From: a virus
Lineage: Duplodnaviria > Caudoviricetes
DNA length: 64,000 nt
Virus record (IMG/VR): IMGVR_UViG_3300036857_000386
Span: 121 to 64,120 of that record
Direction: 5' to 3' (one strand)
In this document: piece by piece, positions 27,359 to 36,700 of the stretch
Position numbering within the stretch: the stretch's first letter is position 1
Layout: the number at the start of each line of letters is the position of its first letter
Position numbers and translations under genes: made by a program
The notes under the pieces: model-generated
The model's database searches: none
Told to the model about the DNA's origin: nothing
Seen by the model: only the letters and a program-made list of their open reading frames with translations

Positions 27359-27619
27359 TTACTCCCTGTTTGCCTCGACCAGCTTGCGACCCAGCTTGGT
27401 GAGCCTCTCGCCCTTGATGCGGACGTGTTCTTCCCATCCCTTGCCCCAGCGCTGCATGGCGTCTTGTATGCTGATCGGCCTGCCTTCGCCATCGACGTAG
27501 TTCCATTCGGTCCAGCCGACGTCCATGCAGTATGAAGACACAGGTCCCGTCACCCGGCGTGGCCTTGGATCGTCGACCAGCCGACGCAGCCATTCCAGCC
27601 GGGGCGTCGTCAGGTCCAC
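27359..27619 (-). CDS. Hypothetical protein, paralog of 21357-21635
   Basis: YCMDVGWTEWNYVD. Confidence 0.7.
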   Translation of the reverse strand: MDLTTPRLEWLRRLVDDPRPRRVTGPVSSYCMDVGWTEWNYVDGEGRPISIQDAMQRWGKGWEEHVRIKGERLTKLGRKLVEANRE

Positions 27620-27624
27620 ATGGT

Positions 27625-27840
27625 TTAGCTTACCCTGGGCAGGGTTAGGTTGCCGCCGGTCCCGACCAGCTGCAGCAGCACCAGCACAAGCACCAGCACG
27701 GCGATCACCACCACGACGATCTTGATGATGCGATTGATCGGCTGCGGGATTGGGATAGCGTCCAGCACCCAGTAGACCAACGCCAGCAAAATTCCGACGA
27801 TCAGAAGATATACGATCAAATTTATCAGCGCGCCGATCAT
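27625..27840 (-). CDS. Two-TM membrane protein, holin candidate
   Basis: Two long hydrophobic helices downstream of the endolysin. Confidence 0.6.
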   Translation of the reverse strand: MIGALINLIVYLLIVGILLALVYWVLDAIPIPQPINRIIKIVVVVIAVLVLVLVLLQLVGTGGNLTLPRVS

Positions 27841-28163
27841 TTAGTTGCTCCTTTGGGCTGCGGTGGAGACTGCTGCGGCGGTGGCGTCTGCGCGGTTGCC
27901 GCAGCCGTTGCGGCCGCAGCTGTGGCTGGCATCGACGAGAACGCCACCTCGATGCAGCGGTCGACGGTCTTCAACGCCATCTGGTAGCGCTCGTTGGTCT
28001 GCCGCTGCTGCTCGTCGTAAGCCTGCTTGACAAGCTGCCCGGTGAAATAGGTGAAGACCAGAAAGGCGATGTTGACGATCGTGAGGAACAGCAGGCCGGG
28101 CTGCGAGCGCATCGCCTCGACGGTCGACGTCGCAACTTTCCCGCTTTCCTCTATGGCGCCCAT
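27837..28163 (-). CDS. Single-TM protein of the lysis cassette
   Basis: TM segment then coiled coil; directly after the endolysin. Confidence 0.55.
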   Translation of the reverse strand: MGAIEESGKVATSTVEAMRSQPGLLFLTIVNIAFLVFTYFTGQLVKQAYDEQQRQTNERYQMALKTVDRCIEVAFSSMPATAAAATAAATAQTPPPQQSPPQPKGATK

Positions 28164-28164
28164 C

Positions 28165-28902
28165 TCAACCCTCGTCGGTTATCTCCTCGACCTGGATCGA
28201 AACGTCGCCGACCGGCGCAGTGACAGTCACCTTGTAGATGGTAGTCTGAGTTGCCGGCGGCGGCTCGGGCTCGGGTTCAGGCTCGGCGCCAACCGGGCCG
28301 AACCATTTCAGGCAGTTGCTGCGCGAACCGTTGAAAGTGTTGGTGTCGACGGCGCCTTTAATGCCGTCCACCCTGCCTTCCTGCGAGAACTGCCAAGCTG
28401 TCCATACTGGCCAGATCGCCGTGTTGATGACCGGCTCCTTGGATGAATAGCGCGCCGCCCACAGCGACGTGCCCTTGAGAATACCGGTCGTCGAAGCTTT
28501 CGAATCGTCGGTAAGCTTGGACGCGCCATAGATAGCGATCTCAAGGTCGGGCCGGTTGTCGCATAGCCAGTCAACCGCCTGCTCCAGATCGCTGATCGTG
28601 CAGTCCGTATGTTCGTAGTCGATAACTACGCGCTCACCGACGTCGGGACCGCAGACGTCGATATAAAAGTCCATCTGCGCGGCAACGTTGCCGTGGCGCA
28701 GGAAGTGGTAGGAGGCGAACGCCAGCCCCGCGCCCAGCGCCCCGGCGCGGTTGGTCTCGTAGGTCGGGTCCTTGCTGCCGGTGCCTTCGGTACACTTGGC
28801 GATGACGCCGAGCACACCTGCTGCGGCTACCTTTTTCCAGTCAATGGGACCGGCATCGACCTGATAATGCGACACGTCGATGAAATCGAGCCGCTGGCTC
28901 AT
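28165..28902 (-). CDS. GH25 muramidase endolysin
   Basis: IDVSHYQ, KCTEG, YHF, DYE, LWAARY, WQFS...VDTN. Confidence 0.9.
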   Translation of the reverse strand: MSQRLDFIDVSHYQVDAGPIDWKKVAAAGVLGVIAKCTEGTGSKDPTYETNRAGALGAGLAFASYHFLRHGNVAAQMDFYIDVCGPDVGERVVIDYEHTDCTISDLEQAVDWLCDNRPDLEIAIYGASKLTDDSKASTTGILKGTSLWAARYSSKEPVINTAIWPVWTAWQFSQEGRVDGIKGAVDTNTFNGSRSNCLKWFGPVGAEPEPEPEPPPATQTTIYKVTVTAPVGDVSIQVEEITDEG

Positions 28903-29276
28903 GTCTTCCTCCAGTTCCACGGCCGGAAGTTCCTGAGGATCTCCGGCGACAATACGTCCCACGAGCCCATGAAGGTCATGGCGCGGTCGTCGATGGTCAG
29001 GAACGCCTTGGGCTTTTCCGAGCAGAACTCGATCGGCACGGCGTGCTCGTCCCAGCCCTTGGAGATCAGCCAGGTTTCCATGGCGTTGATGCCGCCGGGC
29101 TCGGCCGAGCGGCTCGAATAGACCATCAGCCGGAAATATTTCTGCGCCTGTTCGGCCCATTCGAGGAAGCCGCTTGTCAATTCGCCGTAGATCTCGCCGT
29201 CCTGCCAGCCGCGCATGTAGTCGTGCACGACTCCGTCGAAATCAAGAACGAGTATGGGCTTGCGATCGTCCGACAC
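28899..29276 (-). CDS. HAD-superfamily phosphatase-like protein
   Basis: [14 protein letters not shown]...IDDRA. Confidence 0.8.
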   Translation of the reverse strand: MSDDRKPILVLDFDGVVHDYMRGWQDGEIYGELTSGFLEWAEQAQKYFRLMVYSSRSAEPGGINAMETWLISKGWDEHAVPIEFCSEKPKAFLTIDDRAMTFMGSWDVLSPEILRNFRPWNWRKT

Positions 29277-29604
29277 CGAGCTTCTCCCTGAGCAGGTATC
29301 CCTCCAGCTGCCACAGCTGACGGATGCAGTCCTCCTTGGCGAAGCGCTTGCCCAGCTCCTCGTCGTAGTTGGATGGGTCGGCAGGCGCGGACTTGCCGAC
29401 CACCGCGAAGCCGTTCTGGGTGTGGCACACGCAGATCGTCAGCGTCGGCAGATAATTGGATTTTATATATTCGATAGTGACGATCTTGGCCTCGATGTCG
29501 GCCAGCGACACGCGCGGATGGCCGTCCTGCTGCACGGCGCGTGCCGCGTCGTCGCCTTCCTTGAGGTAGTCCCTGGCTCCGTCAGGCGTCAGCTTACGGG
29601 TCAT
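29242..29604 (-). CDS. Phage Gp49/Sf6 gp66 family protein (Acb4-like nucleotide sponge candidate)
   Basis: PRVS..DIEA.I, LTICV...NGF.VVG.SA..DP.NYD.ELG...A......LW.LEGYLL. Confidence 0.8.
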   Translation of the reverse strand: MTRKLTPDGARDYLKEGDDAARAVQQDGHPRVSLADIEAKIVTIEYIKSNYLPTLTICVCHTQNGFAVVGKSAPADPSNYDEELGKRFAKEDCIRQLWQLEGYLLREKLGVGRSQAHTRS

Positions 29605-29849
29605 ATCCACACCTCCACGATCACGGGATCGTCCTCCTCTCTGCGATTTATCCTGACCAAGCCCAGCGCCGCGAAAGTCTCCCGCAGCTCCTCGATGTCG
29701 TCCGACTTCATGAGCATGTCGGTGGCAAACGCTCCGCCGGATTTGATGATCGACAGCCGCGCGCAGTAGCGTGTCTCCGGCACGTCGGAGGCACCCTTGT
29801 AGACCGTCCAGAGCTGCACGCCTCTTTCGGGCTTGGGTGCCTGTTTCAT
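29601..29849 (-). CDS. Hypothetical protein (ends [11 protein letters not shown])
   Basis: GGAGG RBS before ATG at 29849. Confidence 0.7.
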   Translation of the reverse strand: MKQAPKPERGVQLWTVYKGASDVPETRYCARLSIIKSGGAFATDMLMKSDDIEELRETFAALGLVRINRREEDDPVIVEVWI

Positions 29850-29945
29850 GCCTTGCCCTCCATCCGGAGCTGCCCCTCGAAGCGGGCGATCATCTCCTTC
29901 ATCAGCGTCACCACGTCCTGCGGTCGGCACCGTTCGACATGAAGG
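29846..29945 (-). pseudogene. Frameshifted gene remnant (FMSNGADR / DVVTLMKEMIARFEGQ...)
   Basis: Two protein-like fragments in different frames; the second ends in an ATGA overlap with the next gene. Confidence 0.4.
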
Positions 29946-30034
29946 CGCGGCCATGTCGTTGATCCCTTCGTGCCTCATGGTGATGTTGGCGCCGCCGTCG
30001 GCCGGATGCTCGCGGCGGTACTGCTCGACGTCGC

Positions 30035-30181
30035 TCATTTTTTCCTCTTGCCCCTGGCCTTCTTGTCCGCGGCGACGAACTCTTTTGCCACCGCGACGGA
30101 CGGACCCTTGCCGCCCTTCGGCTTCATGCCGTGCGCCACCGCGCGCATGAACTTGGCCTGCTTAGCTGACTTCGACGGCAT
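30035..30181 (-). CDS. 48-aa basic protein (MPSKSAKQAKFMRAVAHG)
   Basis: GGAG/AAGGA RBS; Lys-rich. Confidence 0.7.
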   Translation of the reverse strand: MPSKSAKQAKFMRAVAHGMKPKGGKGPSVAVAKEFVAADKKARGKRKK

Positions 30182-30347
30182 CGTCCTTCTCCATGCAGCT
30201 GTGCCGCTTGACGTCGGGCGGCAGGTTGTTCTCGCACCCGAGCATGGTCAGCAGCGGCTTGCCCTCGTCGCGGAGCCGCGCCACCATCGGGCAGTCGGGG
30301 CGATGAGCGACCAACCGTGTCCTGCCCATCGCCAGCGTGATGTCCAT
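30162..30347 (-). CDS. Hypothetical protein
   Basis: Coupled to neighbours; HRPDC. Confidence 0.6.
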   Translation of the reverse strand: MDITLAMGRTRLVAHRPDCPMVARLRDEGKPLLTMLGCENNLPPDVKRHSCMEKDDAVEVS

Positions 30348-30526
30348 CAGCGCTTCTTCCCTTTCACCATGCCGCCCTTGGCGTACTTGGTGCGCTCGCT
30401 GTCGTCGGGCACGGCATGGATGGTGTCGAGCGGCCCCGGCGTGCGATGGCTCAGCTTCTTGTTCTTGATTTCGCGCCTGATCGATTTCTCGACGAACTTC
30501 TCGTAGTCGTCCTTGGCGTCGGCCAT
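30347..30526 (-). CDS. Small basic protein with YAKGGMV motif
   Basis: GGAGG RBS. Confidence 0.65.
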   Translation of the reverse strand: MADAKDDYEKFVEKSIRREIKNKKLSHRTPGPLDTIHAVPDDSERTKYAKGGMVKGKKR

Positions 30527-30527
30527 G

Positions 30528-30782
30528 TCAGTGGTCCTCCCATGACGGCATGTCGTAGGCATCGAAGTTGCCAACGGCATAGCCGATCTCTTCGGTGCCG
30601 AATTCATAATAGGCAAGCAGGTCGTAGTCGTAATCGTCGATCGGCATGTGGTCGTCGTCGAAGAAGCCGACGATCGGCAGCTGCATGCCGTTGCCCATCA
30701 CCACGTAGCGCTTGGAGATGCAGATCGCCTCGACGCGCACCTCCTTCTCCTTCATGGCGACGATCCTGTAGGGGCTGGCCAT
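30528..30782 (-). CDS. Hypothetical acidic protein
   Basis: TGATG coupling to the giant gene. Confidence 0.65.
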   Translation of the reverse strand: MASPYRIVAMKEKEVRVEAICISKRYVVMGNGMQLPIVGFFDDDHMPIDDYDYDLLAYYEFGTEEIGYAVGNFDAYDMPSWEDH

Positions 30783-33700
30783 CAACTCTCCCTCTCGCGT
30801 TCGCGCTTGCGCTGCGCCGCGCTCTTCTTCGAGCGGATCAGATTGCCCATGGTGATGCGGTCTTTGGGGTTGGCGCGGTTGAACGCCTGGATGTCCTCGC
30901 GGAAGATGCGCTGCCTCTCGGACCCGCCGGCGTTGCGCCAGCGGGCCATCAGGTTCTGCCGCCTGCCCCGCATCTCGCCCTCGGCGCGGCGCTGCGTGGC
31001 GCCGCCGCCAGCCTCGAACTCCCGCGCCGCCTCGGCCGGGCGGAAGCCCAGCGCCTGACTCAACGCAGCGCCGTAGCTCGGTTCGTTGTAGACCTCGCCG
31101 GTCTTCTTGGAGACGTTGCCGTAGGTGGCCAGCTCGCGCGCCTTGATGATGTTGCCGATCAGCTTCGGCCACGGGATGGCGCCGGCAATGTCGCCGTTGA
31201 CCAGCGCCGAGCCGCTGTCGATCAGCATGCCGCCCGGCGCCCCGAAGACCGCCTTGCCGAGCCATGCGTAGACGGACTCTTTCTCGAGTTTTTTCGGCTG
31301 GCCGAACATCAGCAGCGAGTCCGCGCCGAAAGTGTTCGAGGTGTCGATGCCGGCGAGCCGCGTCCAGCCGCGCGTGTTCGCCTCGGCAAGCGCATTGCCG
31401 AGCGTTTTCGAGCCCGACGCCCATGCGATCATCGAGGACAACCATTGCTGCATGTAGTTTTCCAAGTCGTCCCACTCCGGCGTGCCGAACGCCACCGAGG
31501 CGATGTTGGCGAGCATCCGCAATGGCTCGACCAGCGGCAGTCCGTAGACGCCGGCCAGCGAGATCGTCGTGCCCATCAGCCACGCCACCGTCTTGATTGC
31601 TTGTTTACGGCCCTGCGGTCCGCCGCCAAAAGCATGCGCCAGGTTGCGGTAGAACAATTGCCCGTAGCTCAGCGAGTATTTCTTGAAGGTCAGGAATGGC
31701 GACAGCCACTTGTTCTGGAAGAACGTCGGATTGTTGGCGGCGCCGTAGCCGCCCTGCGTTTCCTCGACCGTGAGCACCGCCTCGCGCTTGGCGCTCTCGT
31801 GGCTCTTGCCGGAACGCCGCGCCAGCCGGTAGGTGGCGGTCGCCGTCGCATAGCGATTGACGCCCTCGATCGATTCGGGCAGCGCCTTGGCGACGTTCAT
31901 GATGCGGCCGAGGCCTTTCTCAAACCAGCTCTTGTCCAGCTCCGACACCGACGGCGCCTCGATGCCGGACTGCGCACCGAAGCCGAGCCCGGCAACCTCG
32001 TCGAAGACGTCGGCCAGCTCGGCCGCGTCGGGCTCGTTACGGATCTGGTACTTCCACCACTGGTCGTTGTCGAAGCTCGGCGGCGCCTCGCCGGGCTTCA
32101 GGCCCATCGTCTGGCGGCCCATCTCGCGGAAGCCGACGCCGAAGCCTTTACCCCCGCCGAGCGCATAGGCGCGGCCCAGCTCGCGCGATGTCGCGCCCGG
32201 CCCGTACTTGCCGTTGAGCACGGGAATGGTGGTCATGTAGGGCTGCACCGCCTGCATCACCCAGTAGTGCGGCGAGAACAGGTGGAACAGGAACAGCACC
32301 TCCTTGACCGCGTCGGCGACGCGCGACAGCTTGCCGTTGTGTGCATCGCCGTTCCAGCCACGGATCCTGTTGCGCGCCTCCGCCGCCATCGCCTGGCGTA
32401 TGGCGGTCAGCCCGGTGCCGGGCGGCTCGATGTGCTGCTGGGCGCGGATGTAATCCTCGACAGCTTTATCTGCGGCGGCGAGCTGCGGCGCCATCTCCAG
32501 GTTGGCCATGTGGTGGGCGAAGTCGCGGTTATAATCGCGCGTCGAGAACACCAGGTCGCGCTGCTCGCCGAGCACGCCGGAGCGGCGCAGGCCCCTGGCC
32601 AGCGCGCCGGGCGTCGTGAGTGAACGAATATAGGCGTCGTAGAGCGCGTCCTGCATGGCCTGTTGGCCGACCGTGGTCTGACCGAGCGTGGTCTGCTCCA
32701 TGTTCTTGGCGAGCCGCGAGATCTCGGCCGGCACGATCTGGCGGATGGCGTCGTTCAAATGGGTGCGGGTGATGCCGGTATCGGACGAGTGATGCCCCTG
32801 CGCAGCCAGCTCCCTGGCGCGGTTGACCAGCTGGGTGTGGTTGTCGCTCATCTCGACGCGCTTGTTCTGCACCGTGGCGACGAACAGCTTCTTCGGGGTG
32901 ACCAGCACGTTCGGCTTGGTCGGATGCGCGTAGGATCCCGTCGAGGTGGTTTTCTTGCCGGTCAGCGGGTCGACCCACATGATGTTGAGCTTGACCTGGA
33001 TCGGGTGTGAGTCTGCGAAAGCGCGGGCCTGCTTCTCGTCCTTGAACAGCAGGCGATTTTCGGCATCCATCACAGCCCCGGCCGGCAGGTTCTTGGGGTT
33101 GGCCATGGTGCCGAACGGCCGCTCGGTGACCGAGATGAAGTATTTGCCCTTGCGCATGAACGGCACGTAGACGCCCTGCACGGACCTGACCTGCGGCACG
33201 TCGGCGAGGCTGGTCGCGGTCTTGCCCAGAGCGGCGTGGTAATCCTTGTCCTCCTGGGTCTGGTTGGCCGGATCGCGCGCCGCCGCGCCCGACATCACCC
33301 AGTTAACCGCGTCGTCGATGGTCTTTCCCGCCGGTAGCTTACCTCCGTACTTGTTCTGGGCGTTGACCAGCGCATTGCGGATGATGCCGCGCGAGGTCAT
33401 GTCGGCGGTGGCGCGGAAATGCCGGATGGTATCGAGCCCGACTTTCTTCGCTTCCGGCGACAGCGCCGCCCACTCTTTCGCCAGCCGGGCGTGCATGGCG
33501 CGGGCCTGCTCGTTGCGCACGCCCTTCTTGGAGATGTGCTTGTTGACCGGGTTGGACAGCGGCACCGTCGGATCGACGCGGTAACGGCTCGCCTCGTGCA
33601 GGACATCGTTGAGGCGATCGTACATGCGGCGGTTGGTGCGCCTCAGCCGCGCCTGGTCGACCTCCAGCTTCTCGGAATTGATGTGCGGCGCCGGGTTCTT

Positions 33701-36700
33701 GCGATACTTGGCACGCAGCGGTTCGCGCTTGAGGTGCCACCGGTACAGCCTTTCGAGAACGTTGCCCTCGCCGCCGAACAGCTCGCCGGAGCGGCGGATC
33801 TGCTCGCCGGTGGTGGACAGCACGTCGCGGGCGCGGCGGCCCTCCGGCGTCGCCAAATTGTCGGCGCGGCTCTTGGCGGCGCCGGCCAGCTGGTTGAAGT
33901 TCCTGAGCAGCGCCTCGACGTCGGCGACCGGATGCTTGGGAATGGCGGGCTGGAAGCCGCCGCTCTTGTCCCTGGCCACCGCCTCGCGGGCGAGCACGCG
34001 CTGGCCAGCTTCCGAATAGGTCAGCTCGGGCAGCAGCGAGACGACCTTCTCCATGTAGGTCTGGCCGCGCTCGCCACGGATCATGCCGATGGCGTTGGAG
34101 ACGGCTGCGGTGAAGGCGCTCCACCAGCTCGGGCCGCGCCCCGGCGTCAGGCCGGGGATCTTGTGACGGATCGATGGCGGCACGTTGATCGAGGCGAGCA
34201 GCCGCTGGAAGCGCGGGTTGGAAAACGCCTCGGCGACGAACTCGGCCTCGTTGAGGAAGGCGTGACTGAATTCCTCCTGCAGCTCGGGCGTCAGCTGCGC
34301 GTGGAACGAGCGCCGCAGGCCGGCCATGATGTTGGAGGTGCCGCGCAGGTTCAGACGGATCGCCAGCGAGGTGGCGGCATGCGTCATCTCGTGCAGCACG
34401 GTGTGCGCGTAATCGTCGGGGAAGAACTGCACTTCCTCGTTGATGAACACCTGCGGCCGCTGCCCGGCGACGCGCTGCGCCGGGGTGTAGTTGAAGTACA
34501 GGCCCTGCGGCGCGCCCGCCTTGCCGTAGAGCTTCTTGATGTCGGCGTCGGAGACGAAGTGCACGTCGATGTCGCCGACCAGCTGGGTCAGGTGGCGGAC
34601 ATGGGCGTTCTGCAGCATCGCCAGGAAGCCGCGCGGATTGTCGGCCTTGAGCAGCCGGTGCACGTCGCGCAGCACCGCCGAGCCCTTTTGCGTGCGGGCA
34701 GTGACGGTGACGTTGCTGCTGTCGGTCGGCCGCATCACCGTGATCTGGCGGACGTCGCGCTCGCCGGCCTTCTCGCGGCGCCGCCTGGCCGCCTCGCGCT
34801 CACGTGTTTCTACGCGGCCGGAGCGCAGCAGCGCCTGCTCGTCCGGGCTCAGCGTGGCAGCCTCGCCTTCCTCCTCGACGTGCTTGCCGGCGACGTGGGT
34901 GATGTCCTCGCTCTCGCTCCAGGCGCGCTCCGGCGTCGTGCCGTGATCGCCGCTGGCTTCCTCGTAGCCGCTGCCCATCAGCTGCTCGTTGGTGGCCAGC
35001 CCGTAGAAATCCTCGTCGGCGCCAGTCTCGGCGAACAGCTGAAGCATCATGAAGTCGTGCGGCTTGAGCCTGGCCTTGGGATTGGTCGACACGTATTTGG
35101 CGACGATCGCCAGGTTCTCCTCCATCGACTGGTGGGTGCGGTCGATGTGGTCGGCAAGCGGGATCTTGGCGTCGCGCACCGCCTGGCGGAACGCGTTGAG
35201 ATGGTCGACCATGACGTTGTTGACGGCGACGTCGGTGGCGTTCTCGGGAACTTTCGGCAGCGGATGCGCCGCAAGCACCGTCTTGACCTGGTCGCGCACG
35301 GCGGCGCGCTCGGGCTTCAGTCCGGCGCGGCCTTCCTCGGCCTCTTCGAGGGCGACGGCACGCTGTTCCTGGATCTCAGCTTTCCTGGCCTTGTGCTCGG
35401 CGCGCTTTCTCTCGACCTCTTCCAGCTCCTCGGGCGGGGGGTTCTTCTTCAGCTTGGTCTGCTTGTGGTGCTCCTGTCCCCACTCCATCAACAACTTGTC
35501 ACGCTGCTCCGGTGGCTTCTTCAGCTCCTTCGCGTAAGCGCGCAGCGTCGCTTCCTCGGTCTCGTGGCGCAGCCCCTCGGCCGACTTGCCCTTCTTCTTG
35601 CCGGTCCGCTCCAGCTCCTGAGGCTTGCCCTCGCGCAGCTTCCTCTCGCGCTCGGCCTTCTTCTCGGCACGTTCGGTGGCGCGACGCGCCGAGACGTTCC
35701 TGTGCTCCTCCTCGCGGATGCGCGCCTCGTCGGCGGCTTCCTTCTTTTCGGAAAGCCGGCTCTCGACCTCCGCGGCGATCTCCGGCTCGGCCTTGGCGAT
35801 GATCTCGCGCGGCGACATGCCGGGGTTGTCTTTACGCAGGCGGGCGACGACGTCGGCCGCGACGTCCTCGGCGGTGCCGTGGAACTCGGGCAGCTCGCTG
35901 ACTGTCGACTTCAGCAGGCGATCGGCATCGCGGGCATGGCGGGCGGCATCACGACTTAGGTTGGTTCTTGGAGGGCCTGCCCTCGCCTCAGGCGCGGCCG
36001 CTGGCGCGATTTCCGGCCCTGGCTGGACACTCGGAGCCGCAATAACTTCGCCGCGCCGTAGCAGCTCCGTAGCCGGCGCTGCCTTCTTAGGAATAGTTAC
36101 CTCGACTTTCTTCTTGCGCTTGAACTTCTCGCCCTTGGCGCCGGGTTGCGGAACGGCAACAGGCTCGACGGCTTGTGGTTCGCCGACCGTCACCGGCGCG
36201 GCTTGCGGCTGGACAGAAGGAGGCGCAGCCTCTCCTCTTACCGCCGCCGCCAGCGCCCGTTCGTCAGGGGCGGCGGGCGCCGGGGCGGCGGTGAAGGCTG
36301 CCAGAGACCCCGGTGACGGCTCGCGCGGAGCCGCCACCTGGGAAACCGTCTCGTCGGGTGCGGGGGGCCTCGCCTCCAAGCCGGCTTCCCGAGGCACAGC
36401 GGCGGTCGCCGGTTGCGCCTGTTCCATTGCGGCGGGGGTAACAGGAGGGGGAGCCGCAACAGCTGCCGGAGCCGCCTCCGGCGCCGTCACTATAGCCTCT
36501 TCAGTCGGACCTGGCTGTGACGCGATCGGAGAAATCGCCTGGCCCGTGCCTAATGTTTCCGGCTGTGCCACGGCCGCCGGTTGTGTCCTTAAGGCAGCGG
36601 CTATGTCTTCGTCTGGAGTAGATATCTTGGTAGCCGCGGCGCGCTGCTCCTGGGCGTGCTCGGCCTCCAGCTCCTCGCGGAACATGTCGCGCAGCCGCGC

